From Pseudomonadota bacterium (GTDB lineage: Bacteria; Pseudomonadota; Alphaproteobacteria; Caulobacterales; Hyphomonadaceae): a DNA stretch of 64,000 bases. Of the stretch, positions 26,974 to 37,195 are shown piece by piece. Position 1 is the first letter of the stretch, and every line of letters begins with the position of its first letter. The DNA lies in contig JBCDJY010000005.1 in NCBI GenBank assembly GCA_038747245.1, positions 37,356-101,355 of the forward strand. Reading direction: 5' to 3'. Below the pieces are notes generated by a model. It had not been told where the DNA came from. It did no database searches and saw only the letters and a list, made by a program, of their open reading frames with translations. The position numbers and the translations under genes are program-made.

Positions 26974-28179
26974 TCAGCCCTGTTTCAGGTCTTCAAACGG
27001 CACATCCTTGTCGACGCGCACATCGCCGGGCAGGCCAAGCACGCGCTCAGCGATGATGTTCTTCAGGATCTCATCGGTGCCGCCGGCAATGCGTAGGCCT
27101 GGCGCCCACATGAAGCTCTGTTGGAACAAGGCATCGGCGGGCATCTCATCCTCATCGGTCATCATGCCGTAATGGCCCTGTAGATCGATGGCCGAGCTGC
27201 AGATATCCTGAAGCTGATTGGCCGTGATGATCTTGCCGATGGAGCTTTCCGGCCCGGGCGTTTCACCCTTGGACAGCGCCGTTTGGGTGCGGAACTTGGT
27301 GAGCTTGTAGCCCTGGGCGGCGACATACCAATCGGCCAAGGTCTGGCGGAAGTCGCTTTCGCTCAACGTGCCGGACTGGCGGGCGTAATCCATAATCTCC
27401 GCCCAGTCGGGGCCGGGCGACCCGCCCACGGCGAGGCGCTCATTCATCAGCGTGACGATGGCCACTTTCCAGCCCTGGCCAACCTCGCCCAGCCGGTCGG
27501 AGTCCGGTATGCGAACATCGGTGAAGTACACTTCGTTGAATTCGCGCCCGCCAGACGCCTGGTGGATCGGGCGCGCTTCCACGCCGGCTTGCTTCATGTC
27601 CACGATGAACATGGTCAGGCCCTTATGCTTGGGCGCTTTGGGATCTGTGCGCACCAGCAGAATGCCGAAATCGGAATAGTGGGCGCCGGACGTCCAGACC
27701 TTCTGGCCGTTGATCACCCATTCATCGCCGTCTTTGATCGCGCGGGTCTTTACTCCCGCCACGTCGGAGCCGGCCGCCGGCTCGGAGAACAGCTGGCACC
27801 AGATTTCTTTGCCGGTGAGGGCCTTGCTCACATAGCGGGCTTTGTGGGCGTCGGAGCCAAAGGCGATGACCGTGGGGATGCACATGCCCAGGCCGATCGT
27901 GAACGGCCCGGTGGGCGCGTCAAACTTGGCTTCTTCCTGGTTCCAGATCACCTGTTGCATCGGCGTGCCGCCGCGCCCACCCATGGCTTCCGGCCAGGTG
28001 ATCTGGGCGTAGCGCGCCTCGGCCTTCTTGGCTTGCCAGGCACGGGCCTGGCTCATGAAGTCCTCGCCAGAAACCCGCTGGCGAAGCGGCTTGGCGCCCT
28101 TCGGCTCCAGGTTTTTGGCCAGAAAGGCATGCGCTTCAGCGCGGAATTCGGCTTCTTCGTGTGTGTCGTTGAAATCCAT
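26974..28179 (-). CDS. Acyl-CoA dehydrogenase family protein
   Basis: 401 aa with a canonical FAD/substrate motif LFSEPAAGSDVAGVKTRA. The C-terminal helical domain ends in GGTDEILKNIIAERVLGLP. Confidence 0.9.
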   Translation of the reverse strand: MDFNDTHEEAEFRAEAHAFLAKNLEPKGAKPLRQRVSGEDFMSQARAWQAKKAEARYAQITWPEAMGGRGGTPMQQVIWNQEEAKFDAPTGPFTIGLGMCIPTVIAFGSDAHKARYVSKALTGKEIWCQLFSEPAAGSDVAGVKTRAIKDGDEWVINGQKVWTSGAHYSDFGILLVRTDPKAPKHKGLTMFIVDMKQAGVEARPIHQASGGREFNEVYFTDVRIPDSDRLGEVGQGWKVAIVTLMNERLAVGGSPGPDWAEIMDYARQSGTLSESDFRQTLADWYVAAQGYKLTKFRTQTALSKGETPGPESSIGKIITANQLQDICSSAIDLQGHYGMMTDEDEMPADALFQQSFMWAPGLRIAGGTDEILKNIIAERVLGLPGDVRVDKDVPFEDLKQG

Positions 28180-28257
28180 ATCGGCGCTCCCAAACGTTTC
28201 CTATGGTTGCAGATATATCAAACTCACCCTGCGGCAGGGTCTGCGACGAATTTGCGC

Positions 28258-29373
28258 CTAGGCGGCGTTCTTCATCTCCAGGGCCCGCACCAGCTTTTCT
28301 TTCCAGATTTTCGGGGCGCCGATTTGTACGGCGAGCAGTTTTGCCCGGCGGTAGAACAGGTGGCAGTCTACCTCCCAGGTAAAGCCCATGCCGCCATGGG
28401 TCTGGATGTTTTCTTTGCTGGCAAACCAGTAGGCTTCGCTGGCGGCAACCCGGGCAGCCGCCGCAGCCTCTGGCAACTCAGAGGCATCGGTGGAAAGCGC
28501 CCAGGCACCGTAATAGCAATTCGAGCGGGCGACCTCATTCTTCACATACATCTCAGCGAGCTTGTGTTTGATCGCCTGGTTGCCGCCGATGGGACGGCCG
28601 AATGCGTGGCGGTCCTTGGCGTATTCGGTCGCCATTTCCTGGCACCGCGATGCCCCGCCTAGCTGCTCGAAGGCAAACAAGACCGCCGCGCGGTCCAACA
28701 GACGGCTGAGCAGTTCAGCGCCTTCGCCGGCCCCGCCCAGCGCCTCTCCCGGCGCGCCGTCAAACACAATCTCGGCATGGCTTCGGGTTGGGTCCAGGGT
28801 CTTGACGACCTTGCGGGTCACCCCGCCGGCCGACAGGTCGACAACCACGAGGCGCGGTTGTCCGCGCTCTGCAGCCAGCACCACGGCGTGGGTGGCGATG
28901 TCGCCATCGGTCACCGGGATCTTGCGCCCGGTCACCGCGCCGCCCTCAAACCGCACGACGAGTTTGGCGGGGTCGGGCTCACCCGGACCTTCGGAAATCG
29001 CCAGGGCGCCGATCACCTCGCCAGCGGCAATCTTGGGCAGGAGGGCCGATTTCTGCGCATCTGTGCCCGCGCTTTTCACCGCCTCGGCCAGGAGGTAGGC
29101 CGTGGACGCAAACGGCACTGGCGCCAAAACGCGGCCGAGCTCCTCGGCCAAGACACACAGCTCGAGCATGCCGAGCCCGAGACCGCCATGGTCTTCCGGG
29201 ATCGCCGCGCCAAGCCAGCCCATCTCGCCAATCTTGCGCCAAAGGCCGGCATCATGGCTGACCTCCGGCGCGTCCAGCACGGCGCGTACCGCGGTGCTCG
29301 GGCATTCTGCGGTGAGAAATTTGCGCGCTTCGTCGCGCAGAAATTTCTGGTCCTCGGAAAAATCAAAATTCAT
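28258..29373 (-). CDS. Acyl-CoA dehydrogenase family protein with a degenerate nucleotide-binding motif
   Basis: 371 aa. ACAD C-terminal block IQTHGGMGFTWEVDCHLFYRRAKL. The position of the usual (S/T)EPxAGSD motif reads ISEGPGEPDP. Confidence 0.85.
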   Translation of the reverse strand: MNFDFSEDQKFLRDEARKFLTAECPSTAVRAVLDAPEVSHDAGLWRKIGEMGWLGAAIPEDHGGLGLGMLELCVLAEELGRVLAPVPFASTAYLLAEAVKSAGTDAQKSALLPKIAAGEVIGALAISEGPGEPDPAKLVVRFEGGAVTGRKIPVTDGDIATHAVVLAAERGQPRLVVVDLSAGGVTRKVVKTLDPTRSHAEIVFDGAPGEALGGAGEGAELLSRLLDRAAVLFAFEQLGGASRCQEMATEYAKDRHAFGRPIGGNQAIKHKLAEMYVKNEVARSNCYYGAWALSTDASELPEAAAAARVAASEAYWFASKENIQTHGGMGFTWEVDCHLFYRRAKLLAVQIGAPKIWKEKLVRALEMKNAA

Positions 29374-29564
29374 GACGCGCCTGTCCTCCGCACTTCTAGA
29401 GCGTGATGATACAGGCGGCGCGGCGCGCGGAAAGCCTTCACCTTAGGAAAACTCGCGCCGTGAACCGTATGGGTTGCCCCAGCGCAGGCATTTTGACCGA
29501 CCGTCTTCACCAAACCTCAAAGCGTTTTTGGCATTTCAAGGAGGCTGTCATTGCGGAGACCCCC

Positions 29565-30149
29565 ATGGCCAAGGCCCTGTTTCACAAGAACCAACGCGTC
29601 TACGTCAAACCGGTTGGAACCTACGCCATCATCGAGCGCGTGATCCCCCACTGGGTTAAGGATGTGCCTGAGCCCTTGCGGGTGACCTATGATGTGGGCC
29701 TGGGCCGCGAATTCATCGGCGGCGAACTGGTTTCCGAGGCCAAACTCAACGAGCGCACGGGCCTGTCCAGCGACGAGATGGACGGCGAGGAGTGGCGCAT
29801 CCTGCGCATGCGCAACCGCTGGCAGTCCACCAATGACGATATCGGCCACCACCCCTATCCGGGCACCTTCCCGGTGGTGATGACCGATGAGCATGACTGG
29901 GGCGGCTGGCGGGTTCCAGGTTCGGAATATGACCGCGACCCGGCCAAGATCGAGCACCAGGCCCGACTGATCTCCAACGCGCCCCACATGCTTCGCCAGA
30001 TGCGGCGCTTTGTAAAATTCGCCTCGGAAAACCCCCATGACCTGCCCGAGGAAATGCTGAAGGTGGCAAAAATCTGCGCCGCGATTGTCCGCGACACCTA
30101 CCAGGTGCCGCCATCGGCAACGGAGACGGCAGCGGTCGCGGCGGAATAA
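29565..30149 (+). CDS. Hypothetical cytoplasmic protein
   Basis: Internal ATG of ORF 29403..30149 (GCGGAGA 5 nt upstream). 194 aa with no signal peptide or TM, high GC3 and no recognised motif. Confidence 0.6.
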   Translation: MAKALFHKNQRVYVKPVGTYAIIERVIPHWVKDVPEPLRVTYDVGLGREFIGGELVSEAKLNERTGLSSDEMDGEEWRILRMRNRWQSTNDDIGHHPYPGTFPVVMTDEHDWGGWRVPGSEYDRDPAKIEHQARLISNAPHMLRQMRRFVKFASENPHDLPEEMLKVAKICAAIVRDTYQVPPSATETAAVAAE

Positions 30150-30158
30150 CCCCGCGCC

Positions 30159-30560
30159 TTAGCGCGGCGCCCATACCTTCGCGGCAAAAGCGGCCGCAGC
30201 GCATCCAAGGCCATTGGCGGCAATGTCGCCAAGGCTGGCATCGCGGCCATAGGGCAGGGCGTGTTGACCCGCCTCGATCAAAAGGCCGACCATGAAAGCC
30301 CCCGCGCAGGCCGCAGCGATGCGCGCGGCGCCAAGTGCCCACACCGCTAGCAGGGCCATCACTGCAAACGCGCCGGCATGGAGCACTTTATCGAGCCCAG
30401 GTAGCCCGCCCGTGGCAACACTCGGGCGCAAGGCAAGGTAGGCAATCAGCGCGGTGTAGGCGGCCAGCATGAGCCGCGCCGACACCGGCCCAGAGATCAA
30501 GTTGCGCTGGGGCCTTGTCAAAGCAGAACTCCATCCCCCAATTACGCAGGGCTGTTCCAA
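30159..30560 (-). CDS. VanZ-like family membrane protein
   Basis: Small polytopic protein. LDKVLHAGAFAVMALL and D.ANGLGCAAA resemble VanZ-family motifs. The start codon is uncertain. Confidence 0.6.
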   Translation of the reverse strand: MEQPCVIGGWSSALTRPQRNLISGPVSARLMLAAYTALIAYLALRPSVATGGLPGLDKVLHAGAFAVMALLAVWALGAARIAAACAGAFMVGLLIEAGQHALPYGRDASLGDIAANGLGCAAAAFAAKVWAPR

Positions 30561-30577
30561 CCCGGAGACTTCGCACC

Positions 30578-33169
30578 ATGCGCACTGACACCCCCGTTCC
30601 CGTCAAGCTCTCCGACTATCGCCCCTATCCTTTCACCATCGACGCGGTGTTCCTGAAATTCCAACTTGGCTTTGAGGAGACCCGGGTCGAGAGCCGGCTA
30701 GAGGTGCGCCGGCAGGGGCCCGGCGACATGGTGCTGGACGGCATTGACCTTACGCTCCACGAGATTCGCCTGGATGGGCGCCCGCTTCCTGCCGCCCAAT
30801 ACTCTGTCGCCGACGAGACGCTGACCTTGAGCGGTTTGCCGGACGCGTTTGTGCTCGAAATCGCTGTCTCTAACGCGCCCAAGCAGAACACCGCTCTTTC
30901 CGGGCTGTATGTATCCGGTGGGCGGCTGTGTACCCAGTGCGAGGCCGATGGGTTCCGCCGCATCACCTATTGGCCGGACCGGCCCGATGTGATGAGCCGG
31001 TTCCAGGTGCGCTTGGAAGGCGCACGGCAGGATTTTCCCTACCTTTTGTGTAACGGAACGCCGGGCGCGCGCGGCACCCTGGATGCCGGGGGCCATTTCG
31101 CCGAATGGGACGATCCCCATCCCAAGCCGAGCTATCTGTTTGCCCTGTGCGCCGGCGATTACGACGTCCTTGAAGACACGTTCACCACGGCCAGCGGCGC
31201 CCATGTCGACCTGGCGATCCATGTTGATAAGGGCGATCAGGCCCGCGCCGCCTACGCCATGGACAGCCTCAAACGCTCGATGGCCTGGGACGAGGAGACG
31301 TTTGGCCGCGAATATGACCTTGGCGTGTTCAACATCGTTGCCGTGCGGGATTTCAATTTCGGGGCGATGGAGAACAAAGGGCTCAACGTCTTCAATTCTG
31401 CCTATGTGCTGGCCGATGAGGAGACGGCGACGGACGCAGACTTTGAAGCCATCGAGTCGATCGTCGCCCATGAATACTTCCACAATTGGACGGGCAACCG
31501 GATCACGTGCCGGGACTGGTTTCAGTTGTGCCTAAAGGAAGGCCTGACGGTGTTCCGCGACCAGGAATTTTCCGCCGACATGCGCGCGCGGCCCGTGCAG
31601 CGGATCAAGGATGTCAATCGTTTGAGAGCCCGCCAATTCGCCGAAGACAGCGGCCCCCTGGCCCATGCCGTGCGCCCGGCGGCCTATTCCAGTGTCGACA
31701 ATCTCTACACCGCGACAGTCTATGAGAAGGGCGCTGAACTCATCCGAATGCTCAAGACCCTGATCGGCGCCGACGCCTTCAAAGCAGGCATGGATTTGTA
31801 CTTCGACCGGTTCGATGGCCATGCGGCCACAATTGAGGACTTTTACGGCTGCTTTTCCGAGGCGAGCGGGAAAGACCTGAGCCATTTCATGGCGTGGTAT
31901 GCCCAGCCAGGCACGCCGACGGTCACCGCGCAGCATGACTATGACCCCGCCACGGGCCGCGGCCGCATCACGCTGCACCAGGACAATCCGGCGACCAGCA
32001 TACAGCCCGATCCGGGGCCGATGCTGATCCCCCTGCGCTGGGCCTTGCCGGGCCGGTTGGACAGCGAAGAGCTTTACCTCCTGTCACAGGCCGAGGGGGT
32101 GATCGAATACACCTGCGCGCCGGGCGCCGAGCGCCCGCTGCTGAGCCTCAACCGGGACTTTTCCGCCCCGATCCATCTCAAGACAGACCATTCAGAAGAC
32201 GAGCGCGTTCGGCTGGTGACCGAAGACACCGACCCGTTTAATCGCTGGGATGCGCTCCAGGGGCTCCTGCGAGGGGCGCTGTTGTCGCTTGCCTATGGCG
32301 ACGCCGGCGAGGTGCCTGAACGCGTGCTTGCCGCCACCGCAGGCGCCGCGCGGGCCACGGCGCAGAGCGATCCGGCCTTTGCGTCCCTGCTGCTCGCCGC
32401 GCCCAGCCCGGCTGAGCTGTTCCAGGCCCACACGCCGGCTGATCCAGCCGCTTTGGCCCGGGCGCGTAAAACCCTGCGCGCAGGCCTTGCCGGCCGCGCT
32501 GATGTCCAGGCCCTGATCGACGAAGTGTTGGGCGCGCCGGCGCCAACCCCGTTCGCGCCAAGCGCTGATCAAGCCGCCGCCCGCGGCCTGAGGACTGCGG
32601 CGATTTCATTGCTGGGCGCGCGCGGCTATGCCAGCGCGGTGCAAAGGCTCGGCGCCTTGTTCGAAGACGCCGACAATCTGACCGAGCGCCTGGCCTGCCT
32701 GCGCGCCCTTGGCGAGGCAGAAGGCGTATCATCGCAGAGATTTGCCGCGTTCTATGCGCTTTACTCGGGCCATCCGCTTGTCATCGACAAATGGTTTATG
32801 GTGGCGGCCGCCAGTGCCAGCGCGGCGTCAGACCTCGACCCTTTCCTCGACCATGGCGATTTTACCCTGTCCAACCCCAACCGGGTCCGCGCGCTTGTCG
32901 GCGTGTTTGCGATGCAGAACCTGGCCGGCTTCCACGCCCAGGATGGATCGGGATACCGTCTCGTCGCCGACATTGCCAAACGGGTGGACCGGGCCAATCC
33001 GGCCGTTGCCGCCAGGCTGCTGACCGGTTTTGAGCACTGGCGGCGGGTCGAACCGGTGGCGCGGGCCGAAGCGGAAACTACCTTGCGCGGCCTGGCCGAG
33101 GCGAGCCTCTCGCGCAGCACGCGCGACATCGTCTCCCGCGCCTTATCAGACGCCCCCGAAAGCGGTTAA
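30578..33169 (+). CDS. pepN: Aminopeptidase N (M1 family)
   Basis: GAMEN motif (FGAMENKGLN) and zinc motif HEYFHNWTGNR...E. The N-terminus MRTDTPVPVKLSDYRPYPF is typical of PepN. ATG 30578 is preferred to the ORF-track start at 30515. Confidence 0.95.
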   Translation: MRTDTPVPVKLSDYRPYPFTIDAVFLKFQLGFEETRVESRLEVRRQGPGDMVLDGIDLTLHEIRLDGRPLPAAQYSVADETLTLSGLPDAFVLEIAVSNAPKQNTALSGLYVSGGRLCTQCEADGFRRITYWPDRPDVMSRFQVRLEGARQDFPYLLCNGTPGARGTLDAGGHFAEWDDPHPKPSYLFALCAGDYDVLEDTFTTASGAHVDLAIHVDKGDQARAAYAMDSLKRSMAWDEETFGREYDLGVFNIVAVRDFNFGAMENKGLNVFNSAYVLADEETATDADFEAIESIVAHEYFHNWTGNRITCRDWFQLCLKEGLTVFRDQEFSADMRARPVQRIKDVNRLRARQFAEDSGPLAHAVRPAAYSSVDNLYTATVYEKGAELIRMLKTLIGADAFKAGMDLYFDRFDGHAATIEDFYGCFSEASGKDLSHFMAWYAQPGTPTVTAQHDYDPATGRGRITLHQDNPATSIQPDPGPMLIPLRWALPGRLDSEELYLLSQAEGVIEYTCAPGAERPLLSLNRDFSAPIHLKTDHSEDERVRLVTEDTDPFNRWDALQGLLRGALLSLAYGDAGEVPERVLAATAGAARATAQSDPAFASLLLAAPSPAELFQAHTPADPAALARARKTLRAGLAGRADVQALIDEVLGAPAPTPFAPSADQAAARGLRTAAISLLGARGYASAVQRLGALFEDADNLTERLACLRALGEAEGVSSQRFAAFYALYSGHPLVIDKWFMVAAASASAASDLDPFLDHGDFTLSNPNRVRALVGVFAMQNLAGFHAQDGSGYRLVADIAKRVDRANPAVAARLLTGFEHWRRVEPVARAEAETTLRGLAEASLSRSTRDIVSRALSDAPESG

Positions 33170-33261
33170 GGCCCGTTAACTTCGTTAACATTAGGTCAAC
33201 AATTCCTCGCCAGAACAAAGCCAAAGGGCGCGCGAATGCGCCGTAGGTTGGGCGCGCCATT

Positions 33262-35643
33262 GTGGTTTTGAAGAAATCACGTCCTGGAAAGACCGGGCCG
33301 CCAAACCGGGTGACCAAGCGCTTGGGGCTGGCTATAGCGGCGCTTCTCGCCCTTGAGGCAGCGGCCCTGGGCATCAAAGCTTGGGAAGAGCGCCAATCGG
33401 CAGACCTGATGGCCCTTGAGGCCCTCCAACGCGAGGCTGTGGCCCTTTCTGCGCGCATCGATGACAAGGCGGGCGCCGTCGCGTCTGCCATCTCGGTCGG
33501 CCAGCGCTCGGGCACGCCGCGCGCGCGGGTGGCTTCTTCGCTGGACGGCGTCGACGTCGTTTTGAGCTTGCGGGACGCTGCTGCCGCCGAAGAGGGCTCG
33601 CGCGAGAAGCGCGCCGCTGAAGCGGCTGTGGACGCGATCTCATCGGGCGATGACATCGCCGTCAGCGCCGGCGGCGATGTCGTCTTCATCGTTGAGGAAA
33701 CCGGATTCCCCACCGCCCTCGGTCTGGCGCCTGCCCAGGCCTGGTTGCCCAGCGCCCAGGCCGACCGGCGAAACACATTGGTGGGCGCTCAGAGGTTTGG
33801 CGTGGGCGAGGCGCGCCTTGCCGAACAGGCCGCCAGCGCCACCCTTGGCCCGGCGCAGATCCAAAGCGGTGAAAACATGCTGCGCGCCTCGACCGCCTGC
33901 GCGCCGCTTGGGGGCTCTGGCCTACACGCATGCGTCACCCAGCCTTCGCCGCTGTTCACGCCGGGCGATATTTTGCGCTTGGTGACCTATGGGTTGCTCT
34001 TGGCCGCGCCCCTGCTCGCCATTCTGGGTCTCATCAATATCGTCTCCGCCAGTGGCCGCGCCCGAGACAGCGCCGACCGGGAAGCGCGCAGCGCCAAGGC
34101 CGGGCTCGACCTCGTCATGTCAGGCGCCAAGGCCGGCTCATGGATCTGGAACCCGGCGACTCAAACCGCCGAGTTCAGCCCCATGGCCGCAGAATTGCTG
34201 GGCCTGGAGGCAGACGCGCCATGCCATGTCGACACGCTGCTGTCATTGATTTCCGAGGCCGACCGACGCGCCGTGCGTGCGAGCCTCGAGGGGGCCGCCG
34301 CCTCGTCCTACTTGCAAGTCTCGTTTGCGCCCGAAGGCTTCCAGGGCCGGCGCTTTGTAGAGCTGCGCGCAAGCGCCAATGATCAAGCGCCAGAGGGCGC
34401 GCTCACCGGCATCGCCATGGACGTGACCGAACAGCGCCTCAGCGACATGCGACTCAGGGTGGCGGAAAAGCGCCTGCGCAGCGCCATTGAGGGGTTTGCC
34501 GGGCCGTTTGCCCTGTGGGACGAGCGCCGCCGGCTGCTGTATTGGAACCGCGCCTATGCCACCCTGTTCGGCCTTGAAGACATCGTGCGCCAGGGGATCA
34601 GTTTCGATACGGTGGAGATGGCCAAGGCCGGCGCCGTGCGGCGGATCCAGGAGGATGGCAGCGACAAGACCTCAGAGTATGTCGAATTGCACACTGGCCG
34701 ATGGCTGAAGGTTGTGCAGCGCCCAACGCCGGGCGACGGGCTGATGACCATCGCCCTCGACGTGACGGAAAACCGCCGCAACCAAAATCTGCTCCAGGAA
34801 CAAAAGCGCAAGCTCAAAACCCTCGTCACTAAGCTGGAACGCTCCGAGGGCCAGGCCAGCGAGCTGGCGGCCAAATACGCTGAGGAAAAGCAAAAGGCCG
34901 AACACGCCGCCAACACCAAAAGCGCCTTCCTGGCCAATATGAGCCACGAATTGCGCACGCCGCTCAACGCCATTAACGGCTTCTCTCAAATCCTGAGCGA
35001 AGAGCTTTACGGACCCCTGGGCGATGAGCGCTACGCGCAATATGCCGGCGACATTCTCACTTCAGGCCAACACCTGCTGGAACTGATCAACGATATCTTG
35101 GACATGGCCAAGATTGAGGCCGGCAAGATGACGATTTCCCTGGCCCCCATCGATCCGACAGAGCCGACAGATGCGGCCGTGCGCATGATGCGCCAGAAAG
35201 TTGAAGCCAAGGGAATCTCCCTGGTGCTGGACGCGCCCACCGACCTGCCTGAGATTTCAGCTGACCACCGCGCCATTCGCCAAATGGTGCTCAACCTTAT
35301 CTCCAATGCGATGAAGTTCACCGATGAGGGCGGGCGGATCACCGTGGCCGTTCGCCTGCAGGACGACCAGGTTCGCATCAGCGTGACCGATACCGGGATC
35401 GGGATCCCAAAGGACCAGATCGCCCGCCTTGGCCGGCCCTTCGAGCAGATATCGGAGACCCGAGACCGCAACTTTGACGGCACCGGGCTTGGGCTCGCCC
35501 TTACCAAATCCTATGCCGGGATGCATGGTGGGCGCCTGGGCATTGCTTCGGAGGTGGGCAGGGGCACGCGGGTGTCGATCTACTTGCCCATTGATGGCCG
35601 CGGCGCGACGGAGTCCAAGGACATTATGTCGGCGGCGGAGTAG
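33262..35643 (+). CDS. Sensor histidine kinase with two TM segments and PAS-like domains (PleC/DivJ-type H-box)
   Basis: H-box FLANMSHELRTPLNAINGF, N-box LISNAMKFT, G1 DTGIGIP and G2 GTGLGLAL. No response regulator gene is adjacent. Confidence 0.9.
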   Translation: MVLKKSRPGKTGPPNRVTKRLGLAIAALLALEAAALGIKAWEERQSADLMALEALQREAVALSARIDDKAGAVASAISVGQRSGTPRARVASSLDGVDVVLSLRDAAAAEEGSREKRAAEAAVDAISSGDDIAVSAGGDVVFIVEETGFPTALGLAPAQAWLPSAQADRRNTLVGAQRFGVGEARLAEQAASATLGPAQIQSGENMLRASTACAPLGGSGLHACVTQPSPLFTPGDILRLVTYGLLLAAPLLAILGLINIVSASGRARDSADREARSAKAGLDLVMSGAKAGSWIWNPATQTAEFSPMAAELLGLEADAPCHVDTLLSLISEADRRAVRASLEGAAASSYLQVSFAPEGFQGRRFVELRASANDQAPEGALTGIAMDVTEQRLSDMRLRVAEKRLRSAIEGFAGPFALWDERRRLLYWNRAYATLFGLEDIVRQGISFDTVEMAKAGAVRRIQEDGSDKTSEYVELHTGRWLKVVQRPTPGDGLMTIALDVTENRRNQNLLQEQKRKLKTLVTKLERSEGQASELAAKYAEEKQKAEHAANTKSAFLANMSHELRTPLNAINGFSQILSEELYGPLGDERYAQYAGDILTSGQHLLELINDILDMAKIEAGKMTISLAPIDPTEPTDAAVRMMRQKVEAKGISLVLDAPTDLPEISADHRAIRQMVLNLISNAMKFTDEGGRITVAVRLQDDQVRISVTDTGIGIPKDQIARLGRPFEQISETRDRNFDGTGLGLALTKSYAGMHGGRLGIASEVGRGTRVSIYLPIDGRGATESKDIMSAAE

Positions 35644-36220
35644 GCGCCTCAACGCTGGCAATGAAAGCGGCGGCAGCTTCCAGGCAGGCGGCGCCAACCC
35701 GCGACAGGGCCGCTGCGCGTTCGGCGCCGCTGCGACCGGCCACGGGTGACGTGCGCTCAATGTCGGCATCGGCCAAAGGCGCGCGCCTGCGCCCGTCCAG
35801 CACGGTGACGTCGAGCCGGCAGACGGCGGCATCGCCAATGATCGTCATATCGGCCACCCGCCAGACAATTTCCCGCGCCCCAGGCACGCCCGAAAGCTCG
35901 GTGACGGCGATCCCCTCGCCGCCGCCCGACAGGGCATCGACCAGGCCCGACTGCATCAGCCGCGTCAGGCGCCCGGCCCACTCCACGCCCTCAATCAGGC
36001 GCAACCCGCCATCGGCGCCCTGGACCACCATGCCCTGGCCGCCAAAGATCTGGGCCGAGGTGGGCTCGCGCACCACGGTGTCGAAATCAGCCCCCGCCAC
36101 GGGCGCTGGCCGGTCGATCCGGTAGAGTGCATTGGGCACGGCCTGTTCAGGCAGGACCGACACACAGCCCGCCAGCGCCGCCACCAGCGCTGAGGCCCAT
36201 GGCATGCCGCGCGCCATCAC
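35624..36220 (-). CDS. ABC-type transport auxiliary lipoprotein (DUF330/PqiC-like) of the Mla/Mce cluster
   Basis: Lipobox LAGC. ATGA overlap with the upstream MlaD-like gene. The 3' end overlaps the convergent kinase gene by 20 nt. Confidence 0.75.
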   Translation of the reverse strand: MMARGMPWASALVAALAGCVSVLPEQAVPNALYRIDRPAPVAGADFDTVVREPTSAQIFGGQGMVVQGADGGLRLIEGVEWAGRLTRLMQSGLVDALSGGGEGIAVTELSGVPGAREIVWRVADMTIIGDAAVCRLDVTVLDGRRRAPLADADIERTSPVAGRSGAERAAALSRVGAACLEAAAAFIASVEAPTPPPT

Positions 36221-37176
36221 CGGCCCCCTTCATAGGGCTGGGCATCGCCTGTGACCAAGGCTTGGGGGTTTTGTTCAAGCTCGCGGACAAAATCATCCAG
36301 CCGCGCCAAGAGCCGTCGGAAATCCTGGGCGGCGAGGCGTGCATCGACCAGGGCCTCGGCGCCGTCTCCCTCAAGCGAGTCGGCCAGGTGACCGGCGGCC
36401 CGCCCGGCCTCACCTGCCGCGCCGTTAAAGGTTTGTAGCGCCATCATGGCGTCGCTGGACAGCGAGGAGATGGCCTCCCCGAGCTGAGCGATCCTGAGAT
36501 CGGCCTCCTCGCCAATCGCCTCGAGGCTTCGGCCGACCGCGTTAAACCGCTCGCCGGCCTCTTGCAGTGAAACCAGGGCGGCATTGGCATTGGCGATAAG
36601 GTCTTCATCTTCCGCCAGGCGCCCCGAGATGCGCTCCAGATTGGCCAGCGTGCGCGATACGCTGTCAATGTTCTCATCCGACAGGAGCTTGTTGACCTGG
36701 TCGGCGGTCTCATTGGCCTGGCCGAGGATGCTGAAGCTCGAGTTGAGCAGCTCTTCCAGGTCGGTGCGCTTGGAGGTGATCAGCGGGACGGGCAGGCCGG
36801 GCTGGCGCTCCAAGGCCGGCGCATCGGCGCTGCCGGCATTGATTTGCACAAAGGTGACGCCGGTAATGCCGGCAAAGTCGATGTTCGCGGTCGAGTCTGT
36901 TTTGACCGGTGTTTCGCTATCGATCCGGATGCGCGTGCGCACTTTTGACGGGTCCGATCGGTCGATCCGTACCCAGCGCACCTCGCCGACCTTAATGCCG
37001 ATATAGCGCACCGAGGCGCCCTCATCGAGGGTGACCGGGCCTTCAAAGACAATATCGTACTCATCGAAGGTTTCGCGGAATTGGCTGGTGCCCAGCCACA
37101 GCACGAATCCCATCAACGCGACGGCGGCGAAGATCACAAACGCTCCGATCAGGGCATAATTGGCGCGGGGCTCCAT
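36217..37176 (-). CDS. MlaD/Mce-domain protein
   Basis: ATG 37176 with AGGAGG 9 nt upstream. TM anchor ANYALIGAFVIFAAVALMGFVLWL, followed by the Mce domain (YDIVFEGPVTLDEGASVRYIGIKVGEV). Confidence 0.85.
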   Translation of the reverse strand: MEPRANYALIGAFVIFAAVALMGFVLWLGTSQFRETFDEYDIVFEGPVTLDEGASVRYIGIKVGEVRWVRIDRSDPSKVRTRIRIDSETPVKTDSTANIDFAGITGVTFVQINAGSADAPALERQPGLPVPLITSKRTDLEELLNSSFSILGQANETADQVNKLLSDENIDSVSRTLANLERISGRLAEDEDLIANANAALVSLQEAGERFNAVGRSLEAIGEEADLRIAQLGEAISSLSSDAMMALQTFNGAAGEAGRAAGHLADSLEGDGAEALVDARLAAQDFRRLLARLDDFVRELEQNPQALVTGDAQPYEGGR

Positions 37177-37195
37177 GGCGTGCGTCCTCCTGTTC

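Noticed and set aside
33166-33188. Three TTAA motifs downstream of pepN and upstream of the histidine kinase gene, considered as a CtrA box (TTAA-N7-TTAA)
   Set aside because: The spacings are 6 and 5 nt, not 7. The first TTAA includes the pepN stop codon.
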